Shown here: positions 1 to 64,000 of the stretch, one piece after another
Layout of the letters: each line of letters opens with the position of its first letter
Position numbering within the stretch: the first letter of the stretch is position 1
From: Amoebidium appalachense
Taxonomy: Eukaryota > Protista > Ichthyosporea
Length of the DNA stretch: 64,000 nucleotides
Assembly (NCBI GenBank): GCA_963693365.1
Contig: CAVNZM010000015.1
Location: 4,409,502-4,473,501 of the forward strand
Direction: 5' to 3'
Translations under genes and position numbers: made by a program
The notes under the pieces: model-generated
The model's input: the letters and a program-made list of their open reading frames with translations, nothing else
Databases searched by the model: none
Told to the model about the DNA's origin: nothing

Positions 1-15
1 ACACGTACGGTTTAG

Positions 16-194
16 ATGAAATCCGGTTGCAAAATATACTTGAAATAACACAAGGAAGCAAAATCCTGAAATATGATACCGTAAAGGCTTAGCGTGCTCT
101 GCAAGTTCCCGCCCTACGGACACAATCATACATATATGCCCCCACTTTGCACAGACCGCACGGGATATGTACGCATGTCTCCACCACACACACA

Positions 195-225
<31 letters not shown>

Positions 226-657
226 GCACACACACACACACACCGTGACACACACACACACACACACACATGCACATGTATTCGTACATCATACGGTACA
301 CACACACGTATATACACACACCGTGACGCACACATGCTCACACGCACACGGGCACAATATCATTGCGACCAATAATACACATACAGTAAATCTACCAAAT
401 CTCAATAAACCTGTGTTTAGTAATTAAACAACTTGAACCCGCGTCACACACTATTATTGTCTTTATCGGCCAGAGCTGCAGTCAAACAACATATACCCAA
501 CTTAGTAACACGGCTACGTGTACATGATTTAACCCAATCACCCCTCGTAACAAAGGTCACAGTAACCCTCCCCCCTCCCCCCTCCCATCCCCCCCCCCCC
601 CCCCCCCCCCCTCGGCAGGCCCGCGCAGGGAAGTTCTTAGTTTCCAAGTTAATATAA
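16..657 (+). CDS. 3' end of an unknown spliced gene (partial, runs off the left edge)
   Basis: Phase-consistent exons 16-80, 155-168, 474-555, 619-657 with AG/GT boundaries give ...EIRLQNILEITQGSKILKYDT-TARDI-AAVKQHIPNLVTRLRVHDLTQSPLVTK-ARAGKFLVSKLI*. No family recognised. Confidence 0.45.
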
Positions 658-1375
658 ATGGGGTTTACACACTTTTTATTGCGTGGACACTGCCGGAGGC
701 CCAGCCACATTCGACGGCCTACTGCGTTTTCCAGCACAGCCAATCAAATGCAGCCAGTGACATATGTACATGCTAGGCAACAATGAGCGCCATCGTAGTA
801 TCTGACACCCCTATTACATATTATGGGTAAGCAGAGGCTAGCATCGGTAGCTCCGAAAGAAAGTTAAGGCACCGGATCACAATATCATACTGTGCAGCAT
901 TAAGGTGATCTAGGATAGTCATCTTAAAACGGATATATTGAGGAAGAGAGGAAATATAAATATAATATAATGGCTTTAATATAATGGCTTAGTTTTAAAA
1001 ATCATGAGATATAATGTACTCATCCAGGTTGTATGCCATGCTATTTGTTAGGCAGCAAGATGATCACTTAACGAAGAAAAAAACCGCACAAAAACACGGG
1101 AAAATATCTGTACATTTGTCACTTTAGCCTAAGGGAAAACACCGGCATATTGACAGAAATTATGTGCAATGACCCAAAATCGAGGGTTTGGTTGAAATTA
1201 CATAACTGTTGCCGCCATATTAGACTACACATATTCATATTATTTTTAATATCTTCCATTTATCGCTGTCCCTATAACAATTAGTTAATCTCACGGGGCT
1301 CATTTGGCAGGCGCCGTTGGATTGGCTCTTTGGAAAGAGAGACGGCCCCCGTCCACGTCGTTCATTGGAGGAAGA

Positions 1376-12777
<11,402 letters not shown>

Positions 12778-14178
12778 TGTTGAGGGATAAGTTGGAAAAC
12801 CAGAGATTCAGACCTAAGCATATATGACAAGTTGTCTCGCTATAAATTAAAACATGTATTTCAAGTGGACCGCATATCCTTTGCTTTTGTGCTGCACTAC
12901 ATAGGCAGCGTGAATGCAAAATTCAGACACCCTTTTTAAGGTACGTGTAACTATAGTGTGGTACCTGTCGAAAGCTTTCAGTAGTAAGTTCATGTACTGG
13001 CCAACTGGTACCATAGGCTAGGCTCGTTGGTTTCCCAACCGTGGTCCTTGGTGTACATAGTTAACCTGATACTTAATGGTAAGTGTTGAAGATATGTGAG
13101 GCATATCAAGAAATATACGAGAACCACGGCCTGTTTTCTGGCCAAGGCCTAGGCAGTCTGACCTCGCTGTGGCCCCGCGACCGGTGCCAAGAAGAAAACT
13201 GCTGAATACCCGAAGTTATTCAATATGCAGGCGTTCTTAAACTAAAAGAAAAGAAAGAGTACAGAATAACCCGGATTTGTGTGATTACTTGTGCCCATGC
13301 CCTGGCCGGCCCCTTATAAACAGTATGGTGCATCATAAACACACACTGCTTATAATTAGTCTATCTATCGAGCCATTGGAATTCGATATTGGAACGCCGT
13401 GCGTGCATATATATTATGCATATATGATTTCGTGTAGACCGTTGCTGCTTGCATATATTGTGCAATCGGACTCACGACCGGTCTAAACTTCCAAAGGTGA
13501 CCCGCTGTTGCGAGCCTCGGCCCAGAAAATTTTCTGCTGCGGCAACAAGAGGGCCACGTGCTCTAGAGATGGATTTGGTATCCGGTGGCGGGCCCTTTGT
13601 GGCGCCGGTGCCATGAAAAAAAAAAGCCAAGAAGTAGGAAAACGAAATGCCTCAATATAAATATACATACTGTAGAGTAAAGGAGTTTACTGTCGAGTCA
13701 ATTATATTCAATAAAGACTTCGTAAAAAGGAATCGGAGAGACCAGGCGTTGCATGCTGCCGGATTTCGACGAGATCTGCCCCGAGATCTACCTAATCTTT
13801 TCCTGCCAATTAGTGCGCGTATTTCAGAAATTACTATAGAGGGAGGCAAATTATTACTGAATGGTTCACGTTAGCAATCAATCGCGATGAAACGAATCGA
13901 AAAAAAAAAAAAAAAAAAAAAGTGCTTGGTTCTTCTAAGCGCGCAGGTTGAGTATTAATGATCAAGACGGGTAGGCTTGGTAAAAAATGAGCTAAGTGAA
14001 AAAATAGTAATTTATTCCGTTATATTGAGCTCTCGAACTAACCTGTAATTGTCGTTTCACTCCATCAAATAGATCTCACGGATTAGATCGCAGATCTTTT
14101 TACCCCCTTGTACACCATTACCACTGCCAATCATCTTCCCTCACCAAACACATGCACACGCACCGTTTTGGGCTCGAA

Positions 14179-14249
14179 ATGTCCAAAGCGATCGATATCC
14201 ACCCAAAAAAGAAGGTGGATGGGTGGGTGTTGGGTGGGCTGAGGTGGTT

Positions 14250-14288
<39 letters not shown>

Positions 14289-14315
14289 GGGTGCCACCCA
14301 GGGGGGGGGGGGGGG

Positions 14316-14352
<37 letters not shown>

Positions 14353-14829
14353 GGGGGGGGGGGGAGGGGGAGAGGATAATCGTTCAGATTCATTCGGCGG
14401 AGGATCGGAAGGAGAGAGAAGGCATGACAGAAGGTAGGGGTAAGAGGGAGGGAGGGAGGGAGTGAGAGAGGGAGGGGAGATCAGGGGGGGGGGGGTGGGT
14501 GGGAGGGGGGGGGAGGGGGTTTGGTGGGAGGAGGGGATTCCTTGAGGCTACGGGATTCTGCTGTTGTCTTTTTTTTGAACTGAAGTTTTCACTCCGTTGT
14601 GTATGATACATAATAGTGCCAACCTATTGAATATTAATGCATACCTGCTGCCAAAGAAAAGCAGGAGAACGGAACACAATTACAGGAATCACCTTGAGTT
14701 TGTACAGCGGTAATAACCTGAAAAACAACTCTGGCTTCCTGCTTATTAATGCTGATAACATATCATTACAACCATTCGTGTTTGCCACTTGTGCATGCAA
14801 CAACACAAATACACAGTGTCACAGGGTAA
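14179..14829 (+). CDS. Possible small spliced ORF (~50 aa), unknown
   Basis: Exons 14179-14222 and 14617-14709 join in phase 2 to give MSKAIDIHPKKKVDGANLLNINAYLLPKKSRRTEHNYRNHLEFVQR. The terminal exon is ambiguous (e.g. 14817-14829). Confidence 0.25.
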
Positions 14830-15076
14830 CAGGTGCGCTAACAGGCCTAGGTGCCCCAAGTCAACCCATGGTTCAATAAAACTCTAGGCAAATTGCCCAA
14901 ACAACAGGACTTACACTACAGTGTCATAGGTTGTTGGGGTACATGTCTCCTAATATCTTGGTTGCCCTTAAGGCTCATCCTAAGCTCATATCCACACGTT
15001 GCCCATGCATGTTATAAATATAATAACAAGTTGTATCCAGTTGCACATTCTATTAGTAAGCCTAATTTGGCATGCG

Positions 15077-23460
<8,384 letters not shown>

Positions 23461-23970
23461 CTTCAGCAACCAATTATAACTTCTTCGATGTTTACAAGAA
23501 CAAAGAACGTCTATACACCTTCTGTCGCCACATGTACACCTTCGGTCAGTGTCTTTCATGAGTTGTCTCCTGATCAGCCCGGAAATTTGAATTTTGGTGC
23601 CTAAACAGTAAGCTAAATTTAGCCTTTCACATATTTCTAAATCACTATAAATAGTTACCAGTGGGCCAAGGAGTTTGGCGCCACGACCAAAAGAAACGGA
23701 CACAACACAGCGACACAAGCTGTCACTTCGTGAGTCAAAGATATTTTCTTCCCTTCTTTTTGTGTCAGTTTTAGCACGTTTTTCAAAGATAGAACCATAC
23801 AACTGGAGTAAGGTTTCAAAAAGAAAGTTTCGCCTGTATAGAGGGGCCTAGAGGAGGAAAGATCGGTGGTGGTGGTCTTTTTTTTTGTCTGGGTGATCTT
23901 TGGCTCTGCCGGCGTTAGCAGAGACCCATACTGTATCTGTTCATCTGTTCAGGTTGGACGACAACTAAAA
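23461..23970. promoter_or_regulatory. Short head-to-head intergenic region (likely bidirectional promoter) between FAHD1 and the orphan membrane-protein gene
   Basis: The two ATGs are ~510 bp apart on opposite strands and the region is microsatellite-free. A probable 5'UTR acceptor (ctgttcag) ends at 23952. Confidence 0.55.
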
Positions 23971-36666
<12,696 letters not shown>

Positions 36667-37579
36667 ATCCCCCCCCCCCCCCCCCCACTCCCACCTCCCA
36701 CCTCCCACCTCCCTTCTCTTTCTCGCTCTCAGTATATAGGATTTTTCTTTCGGTTGGCTTTTCTTCTGTTGTTTGTTTTTATATTTCCCTCTGTCTGTCC
36801 ACATGCAGGAACAAACTTGGGTAACAAAAACAGACGAATACTGTACGCAAGTTCACATCTAGTTCATGTGCTTCTCTTTCACATAGCAGAGGGTGTTTTC
36901 GAATCTTCTAATGTGATTTTTGGTGTTTTTGCACCCAATTCCATGTCGATTTACAGTACATATCGCACACAATTCCAACTCGGTCTAAGGAACATGTGCA
37001 CACGATTGCAACTCGATTTACGGCACATTTACACACGATTCCCATTCGATTTACCACGCTTTTCTTCACACCTTCACAAACACAACCACCCAATTGGTGG
37101 GTTGAATTCATGTGGAAAATCCGTTCTCTCTCGACAAACAGTATCTACTTGAAAGCTGTTGTCAGAGGCAAGAAATTTGTCTGTTACGTGTTGGACAGCC
37201 TAGAGATTGCTTTTTTGCCACTAGTGTTTTTCAACACGGTGGCATGTTTGTTATTTGGAAGGTTGGGACTCTTGGGAGTGTTATGGAATTGAGTGACATG
37301 TTAAAAGCAGAGATTTTGTTTTTCCTCGTGTTCTGTGCTTGTGTATGCTGTTTCGATTAGGTTTTTCTTATTTTGTCTTGGTTTCGGTTTTCTTTGTTTC
37401 GTTTTGTTTTTTACTTCTTGTATTCTTTTTTCTTTGATGGGGACTTCTACATCGGTAAAAGCTGTCAGCGAAGTGAATAAACCGGGCCTATTGCTCGATT
37501 CAGTGCCGCCAAAGAATCGAAAACGAGATCAACATAATCCAGCGTGTGACCCTCATGTGCATTTTGAAGGGGGGAACCC

Positions 37580-37623
<44 letters not shown>

Positions 37624-37834
37624 AGGGGGGCAAGTCTCCCTCAGTTTTACCCCCGCTCACCAAGCTCTTCTGTCTAATTTTTGTTTTGATTTGAGTTTTC
37701 AAGGAACAACAACAACACCATCACACTCAAGAGTGTTGGGCTCTGTGTGTGTATCTGTGTGGGTTTGTCAGTATGCCCGGGCGCGTGCACGGTGTAGTGA
37801 ATTGGGAATTTATGGATGAATGTATACGTGTGCA

Positions 37835-38390
37835 CGTGTGTGTGTGTGTGTGTGTACATGAGCTCTACTGATATTAATATTAGTGTTTACGTGTGTGTGT
37901 GTGTGTACATGAGCTCTACTGATATTAATATTAGTGTTTACGTGTGTGTGTGTGTGTACATGAGCTCTACTGATTAATATTAGTGTTTACGTGTGTGTGT
38001 GTGTGTACATGAGCTCTACTGATATTAATATTAGTGTTTACGTGTGTGTGTGTGTGTACATGAGCTCTACTGATTAATATTAGTGTTTACGTGTGTGTGT
38101 GTGTGTACATGAGCTCTACTGATATTAATATTAGTGTTTACGTGTGTGTGTGTGTGTACATGAGCTCTACTGATTAATATTAGTGTTTACGTGTGTGTGT
38201 GTGTGTACATGAGCTCTACTGATATTAATATTAGTGTTTACGTGTGTGTGTGTGTGTACATGAGCTCTACTGATTAATATTAGTGTTTACGTGTGTGTGT
38301 GTGTGTACATGAGCTCTACTGATATTAATATTAGTGTTTACGTGTGTGTGTGTGTGTACATGAGCTCTACTGATATTAATATTAGTGTTT

Positions 38391-38400
<10 letters not shown>
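37835..38400. repeat. ~50-bp tandem array (~11 copies) with alternating unit variants
   Basis: (gt)n-acatgagctctactga(t)attaatattagtgtttac repeated. Confidence 0.95.
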
Positions 38401-38425
<25 letters not shown>

Positions 38426-38469
38426 CATGCGTGTGTATGTGTGTGTGTGCGTAGCGTGCACATGCACGC

Positions 38470-38510
<41 letters not shown>

Positions 38511-38700
38511 GTGTCGAGACCAGGGTGCATACATATGTATTTGTGTCTGCCTGTCTACGCTGGGGGGCGTGCCCGCACTCAGACACGCAAATGGCCACGT
38601 GCACATTTTGTGTGTGAGGGTGGCCGCAGGGGTGTGGGTGATGTCTGTGTGTGTGTGTGAGTGTGTGTCCAGAAGGGGTGGGCATGTTGGGGTGGGAGGA

Positions 38701-38736
<36 letters not shown>

Positions 38737-41619
38737 CAGCATGCCTGTGTATACATGTGAATTTGGTGCACGTGTCTGCAACTGCCAGTCTGACTCCAGT
38801 GCGCGTTCGCTCGCACATGTGCACATGCGTACATGTGTATGTGCAACATGCGTCAAGAACTATGCACGGTTGTTTGTGTTTTGCCCGAGGGGTGCGGTAG
38901 GGGTGGGGAGAGGGGAGGGGGGGGGGGACGGGGGGGGGATGGTTGGTGGGGGGGCCCGGCCCGGGGGAGAGGATGGTGGTGGTGGGGGAGGCCCCGGGGG
39001 GGGGGAGGGGGGGGGGGGAGGGGGGGGGGGGGGGGGGAGAGGGGGGGGGGGGGGGGGGGGAATCGACATTGTGTTGTGTATGGTAGTAGACTTGCCCAGT
39101 ATGTGCTCTTGCATGCGCACCGTTGGCTGCTGATCGATAGCACCTGCCTGCATGCAGGTGTATACACGTGTGCGCATATGCTTCCCCCCCCTCCTCCCCC
39201 CCCCCCGCCCCCCCTCCCCCTTAGCCTCTTTCTCTCTGCGGGCGGGCGGGGTGGGGGGAGGGTTCTATGCACCTATGCACTTCAACTGTTGTCTATGCCA
39301 AGCTGCGCAATGGGCAGGTACTGTGGCAAGGGGCTAGTAGGTTTATACGTGTGTTGATCGAACATAGTGAATAATCGAACATAATTTTCCGGAGCTTGAT
39401 AGTAAACGCCGGCTCTGAAATTTGAAATTACAGACAACCACGGGGACATATGCTGTCTATAGCTACGTTGGTGTACATGGGAGTGTTGCACTTATTGTCT
39501 TGCGAATTACTTTCGAATCTCCCGTACGTTCAGATCTCTTTATTCTCTTACATCTCCGGTATGTTTATATTGATGTCTACCACATAACACAATTTCCATT
39601 ATAGCAAGAATCATATGCACACCACACAGCCCATGCAAAAACCTCGAACTTCTCTGGGCACTTTCCCTTGATTTATGAAGTTAACACAGGTTAATATCAT
39701 GGCACAAAAGTTTTCTAGTCACTATTCATTGTGCCGAGGCCAGTCATAACATCAACCAAAGCCTGCGCATCGACAACAGATCTCACAATGCGAAAGCTTG
39801 CATTAATATTAATCACAACGGTGTGCATACGGCGTTTCACAAGCGCAATACTGAAATCTACTTAACAGAATAAAGTCAATACACCACAAAGTGCCTCCTA
39901 CATACACTCTTTCGTTTCATTCGCAGGCGGACCTTAAAGAGCCCCAGCAAAAAGTCTTTCCAATAAGGAATCTGAAAAACCACTCATTCATTCAATCCAT
40001 TTGTGACATATAACACAAAGCGCAAAACACAAAGAGCATTATCTCAATTTTTTTTTGCATCCGTTAATAACTTAGCTCTTATTTTAGGCTTACGAAATTT
40101 AGCTTACCAACTGGGGTGCCACACGTGCATGTGCAAGACCTGTGTTGAGAAATGGGAGGTTGTCGCTGTTATGTGTCCTCATGGGCACAACAGAGAGGGG
40201 CTGCAACGCCCTCCTTTGAGGGGGAGAATCAATAGACGACTGCTCGGATAGGGTCGTGTTTGTATCCTGGAACAAAGGAAGAAAAGAACAAGGGTTAGCA
40301 ACTTTGAACGAGTAGTAGAGATAACGAACATGTACTGCCGTTTTTCTGATCCCGTGGTACATCTATTCCCTCTCTTTCCAAATCTTTCTCTCGCTCTCTT
40401 TCTCTCACTCCTCGGACACTCACACACACACCTCTCTCCCTCTCTTCTTCCCTCTCTTTCTCTCTCTCTCTCTCACTCACTCTCACTTTCTGTCTCTATA
40501 AATGTCAGCACGGTCGGTGTGCATTGTTGTTGTATGACAAGTGTACGCGCATCAGTTTGTGCACACGTGTGCACGAGCGAGTATCTTTGTGTGTGTTTTT
40601 GTCGTCGTGACACGCAGGGAGTCTAGAGCGAAGGACAAAACACCACAAGCACTCGTGTTCAGGCCAGGCTGAAAGCATTACTTCTGCAACACAACACTAA
40701 ACGTCGTTGCAACTTATTACCCGTATACCTTGTCAACGCACAGTCAACGGGCTGAGAAAGAGCGAGGGGAACAACGTGCCAGACGTAACCGAAAGGAAAA
40801 GCCAACCTATTGTTAGAAAGTGGTCAGGCACACAAATAACCGTTCCAGGTAGGCTACGTAAGCAGTAAAGAGAACTGAATAAGATGGCAACACTTACCAC
40901 AAAGTGCTGAGACGCAGCCACCTGTGTGACGGAGTAGAGCAAACCAAACATGATGCTATCCATTATAGGGGTAAGTCGAGGAAACTAGGCGGCAAGGCCA
41001 GGGAGGTCGTATTGATATTAGTGCAGCGCCTTTTTCGTAGCAGAAAGTACAAAAACCGCGTCTCGAGATGTCTCTTTCACAGCAGAGATGTACGATAGCA
41101 AAACCTGGTTTTTCGCTGTGGAAAATAAGGCCACTGAGCTGTTAGTTTTCTTGGCTCTTTCCGCCGTCGACTTGAAGAGTTTTTTTTTGGCTTATATGAG
41201 AGAGATGGGATGTTTGACGTGTGTGTATTAGTATTTCTGCTGCTTTGCTGTTTGCTAGCTCTCCGTTACCGTAGCGTATGTATGTATCTTTCTTTCTTGC
41301 TAACCTTTCGTTAGGAAAAACATACTCAGCTAGCTAAAGCCACACTGGAACACTCAGGCCACACCACACTCCAAAACACAAAAGTAAGCCGCGAGTCCTG
41401 CCAAAAGTGGCTGTGTGCTTTTCCAAACTCCGAAACAAACACATGCAACACGCAAAAACACGAAATATGACCAACTGTGCGCTAAAAGCAGCATAAAAAA
41501 TTCTGCAAATATGAAAAGCCCCTTTCTGCAATTATAGTGTTACCCCCTATTGTTAAAATTTGTCAAATTAGAAAACGGACTATTACTGAAAAATGAATCT
41601 CCGCTTTAGCGTCACGAGC

Positions 41620-41830
41620 TCTGGTCCAATCGGAGCGGTTCCCGCCACCTGAGGCTGTGAGTTACTGATCCAATCAGATCATTTAAATATCTGATTGGCT
41701 TCTTTGAAAACTGGCTCGGTGCTTTTAATCGGAATTTATCATCGCGATCTAATAGGGAAGAAAAGATGCAATAACGACATTTGTTGAAGGTTGGCGTCCC
41801 CAGGGTTCACCGCTTACGTCATCACGCCCC
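41620..41830 (+). promoter_or_regulatory. Probable TFIP11 promoter with CCAAT boxes and a CRE-like site
   Basis: CCAAT at ~41626 and ~41670, ATTGG at ~41694, TTACGTCA at ~41814. Putative 5'UTR intron 41869-41936 (gtatat...tttcag). Confidence 0.45.
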
Positions 41831-41987
41831 CCGAGCTCACTTCAAGCTCGTAACAGAAGTTTCTGAGGGTATATACCGTTTGAGGAACATATAACCGTGT
41901 ATACTCAACCTATAGTGTATTCTATTTTTCTTTCAGCACGTTTTTCCCGTGATATTTGGTCTCGCCAACTCTTTAATTCTGTTGAAA

Positions 41988-60490
<18,503 letters not shown>

Positions 60491-60940
60491 CAACATTGTG
60501 CTCAAATGTGCCATTTTTAGCAACAGTGCCGTGTATGCACCATATTTGGCAATGTTGATCTATTGGCTGTCCCGTGTGTACGGTGTGATTAGCATGAATA
60601 TGGGAAATATGTGCTATGTAGCAACAGGATGTGTGTATGCATCGTGTTTTTCAACGGTATACAGGAGGTATACATTTTAGATATGCAGCAATTAAGGAGG
60701 GTGCATGCACTCTGATATTGCTACTTTTTTTTATTGTTTTATGTATTCATTTACTTCTGTGGATGTGGTGTTTGAATGCTGTGTTGTGTAGCACCCGACC
60801 CCAGCCCTTTTTATTTTTGCATTTTTGCATTTTTAGCACATCACACACTCACAAACACACACATGCAAACACACAGTTATCCACACACGCACCCACCCAC
60901 ACACACACACCCACACCCACACACACCCACACCCACCCAC

Positions 60941-61082
<142 letters not shown>

Positions 61083-61743
61083 CACATGCACGTGCACAAA
61101 CCTTGTCCTCTTTTGACTTACCACCTTCTGAGTTGAGCGAATGCATAATTGACACGTATTATCCATTTTTTGTTGGATTAAAAATGTGTGAATGGTTTCT
61201 CTGTAAACGGGATCAACTGCAAGCTGATGCAATGCCATCGTACCACGACATGCGAATTTCGTAATGAAATGATAAAAATTCTGCAAATACCCGCAGGTCT
61301 GGTGGGGCACTGCACACAATGACTAATGATGTTCACCACGTTCTGCTTTGTAATTGTGCAATTTGATACCCCCCCCCCCCCCCCCCCTCCCCTCTCCCCT
61401 TCTTCACCTCCCCCCCCCCCCCCCCCCCCCCTTCCCCCCCGGGGGTTCCTTTCCGCTCTGTGCGAGCCAGTCTTCTATCAGACTTCGTCGCTATATATCG
61501 ATATACTACGAGTGGACGGCGGGCCCAGGGTGGGCAAATGTGTGGGTGTGTTGTGCGTGCGTGCATTGTGTCATCGGCCTGTTTTTTTTTTTTTTTTTTT
61601 TTTTGTTTTTTTTTTGTGTGTGTGTGTGTGTGTGTGTGTGGTGGTGGTGGTGGTGGTGGTGGTGGGGGGGGGGGGGGGGGGGGGGGGGGGTTTCAAAATC
61701 AAAAAAGCCTAATTAGGAGAGTCCACTCATGCAGGTGGCGTGG

Positions 61744-61814
<71 letters not shown>

Positions 61815-62549
61815 GGGGGGGAGGTGATGATCTGGGAGGACACGTAGGCAAGTCTTTCAATGCATTCATTGCATTAAATTTCTTTGCTTAGTTATGTATC
61901 ATGCTACACAACAATGGGTATTAATAAGAAATCTAATACGATAATCGTTACTTCTCCTTAAATCGTGTTCGAATTAGTCAAAATCAGACCGTATTTCTAA
62001 CAATAACTTAATAATATTCGGTCGATAAATTATCATGATCTGTATTTACACACTCCTGACTTCACAGTAACCAATAAACAGAGACAACGGTTGGTCACCT
62101 GATAGTACGGGCCATTTGCTACGCATCAACTTTTGCTACACGGATTTACATTTGATCAGGTTTCGCTAATTTTTAATATTGAAGGTGCAAACAGGGTATG
62201 AATGCTTCCGTATGTGTGCGTGTGTGATTGTGTGTGTGCACGTGCGGGCAGGCACCATTTGTGATTCTATTCGAATGCGTGCTCCTGCTGTACGCGTAAC
62301 GTAGGCGGCCAGTGTTGCCTGTGTGATCTAAATACATGCACACCATCAGTCAATGCACCAGAAACACCAAAGAAACTCAAAATAACTCGGATAGACCTAA
62401 ACATCCTTTTTTTCATCTAATCAGCTCAATCTACAACATGCGGGGACCGTACTTGTGGCATGTATCACTAAATAACATTAGCACTGAGTGCTGCGCTAAA
62501 AACGACTTATATACAACGTGACACAGACTTAAAGTGGTAAAATTATAAT

Positions 62550-63608
62550 TTAAAAGGAATATGCAGCCGCCAGCTTGATCGAGTCCGTCTCATTTAACTT
62601 CCACATTGCACTAAGATAGTTTCGGATCCACACCTGTCCATTCTCTGCTTCGTCCGCGAGAATTTTCGCCGCTTCGTGCCTGTGCGATGTGCTGACAAAC
62701 GATTGGTTGCGGCATTTCAAGCATGAATCCGATCGGCTGATCTGACCGCAAACACGTGCCGTACACGTGGTTGAGTGTTGCATCACGTGATCCCCCCAAT
62801 CATGATTGATGATGTGTTCTATGGTTGGGCATGACTTCAAAATGGTCGGGGTGCTTGAATCACCTCCCTCACGATGTTCAGTTTCCCCTTCAACGTATGT
62901 CACGCAGGTGGTGCTTCGAGGTCTTGACTGTGTGCGCACGAGGGAGCAACGTCGAAAAAGCGTGATGTCGGATGTTGCACGACGAAGGAACGGTTTTGAT
63001 TTTTGGGTTCGCCTGGAAGCAATTGTCTCGGGTGTTGAGCTGTGATTGGCGTGCCTTAAAGTTTCATCGCCAAAACATCCGTTGGTGGTTTGTTGTCCAT
63101 TTAAGGCAAATGAACCATCGGTAGTGGGACACTCCTTTAACGATCGGGTGCACTCAGGGGCATTTTCATATGTTGAGTTAGTGGCAGTATTAAAACTTTC
63201 AGCGAGATCATAGGAACTGTGATTCTCAGAACAGAATCCTGTGTCTTTCTCGTCTGGCTCGGAGATGTCGAGATTTCCAAGCGAATAAACGAGCGCCTCT
63301 TCAATTTTTCCGTGTGGGACAACGGGTAAAGAACTTGCAAGGAGACTTGAATGCATCGGCGTTTTTATTTGCCTTGCTTCTGGACCAGCCGCGTTTTTGG
63401 TGTCTTGGCATGTGATTGGGAATGATTTCGGATTGAGTGAAAACCTTGTGCACACAACTAAAGCTTGCAGCTCGCCTACCAATTCGACGGACGAGTCCAC
63501 TATGTCTAGACTTATTTGGGTTGTCTTCATGTGCATTGTGAAAAGAGGGGTGTTGTTGGGCAGGTGGGGAGTGCCCAAAACACAACTTCGTTTTGTGTAC
63601 AAAGCCAT
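62550..63608 (-). CDS. Intronless hypothetical protein, 352 aa, largely Ser/Thr-rich and disordered, with a Cys/His cluster near the C-terminus
   Basis: Long non-repetitive ORF in microsatellite-free DNA. No family recognised; the true start may be a downstream Met or an upstream exon. Confidence 0.6.
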   Translation of the reverse strand: MALYTKRSCVLGTPHLPNNTPLFTMHMKTTQISLDIVDSSVELVGELQALVVCTRFSLNPKSFPITCQDTKNAAGPEARQIKTPMHSSLLASSLPVVPHGKIEEALVYSLGNLDISEPDEKDTGFCSENHSSYDLAESFNTATNSTYENAPECTRSLKECPTTDGSFALNGQQTTNGCFGDETLRHANHSSTPETIASRRTQKSKPFLRRATSDITLFRRCSLVRTQSRPRSTTCVTYVEGETEHREGGDSSTPTILKSCPTIEHIINHDWGDHVMQHSTTCTARVCGQISRSDSCLKCRNQSFVSTSHRHEAAKILADEAENGQVWIRNYLSAMWKLNETDSIKLAAAYSF

Positions 63609-64000
63609 TCACACGTTCAGTGAGTGCATTCATGGTGTAGTTTCTTGTGCCATTCTTGTGCGCATATGCCACGGTTCGGTCTGTTTTATTATTGGTCAGA
63701 GGGTGTGTATGTGTGTGCATCTTTACACTGAGTAACCGTTAAGGTCTTCATGCGCCGTGTGCTCTATGTAGTTAGGTACCAAGCGATGATTAATCATTAA
63801 TATTACCACAACACTAACCAAGGCAAAATAACTAATATGCTACGGTGACTGCACTGTATCAATCAGGTTCAATCTGTTATGAATAAACCAACCGCTTAAT
63901 GGTATAATTGGTCTGTTGGTCTCGTGTTTGGTTGAAACTTCGGCATGTGGAAAGCAAAAACATAGGGGACATTGCCCTATATATACCTTCTAGGAGCGTA

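Overview
Eukaryotic, intron-rich genomic DNA whose introns are packed with (CA)n/(GA)n microsatellites, long G/C homopolymers and minisatellites. Almost all ORFs in the supplied track are low-complexity artefacts. Splicing exons by hand (GT/GC-AG boundaries with consistent phases) gives four complete genes. (1) A minus-strand single-pass receptor-like protein of ~1164 aa at 1376-12777: Cys-rich head, Thr mucin stalk, polybasic sites, hexapeptide-repeat beta-helix, TM, cytoplasmic SAM domain. (2) FAHD1 at 15077-23460 (-), 11 exons, ~233 aa. (3) A divergently transcribed orphan membrane protein at 23971-36666 (+), ~585 aa: signal peptide, acidic stalk, amphipathic helical repeats, ~4 hydrophobic segments, PPxY tail. 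(4) TFIP11/Ntr1 at 41988-60490 (+), 19 exons, ~816 aa, with one GC-AG intron and one homopolymer frameshift. Also present are a partial gene at the left edge, an intronless 352-aa ORF at the right edge, a non-autonomous piggyBac-like element and several MITEs. The most unusual signals are a structured interspersed repeat found only in introns, always in the host gene's sense orientation and ending in poly(C); tandem arrays made of duplicated splice sites; and 3' splice sites preceded by pure (CA)n. A unicellular holozoan source is a weak inference only. No database searches were run.
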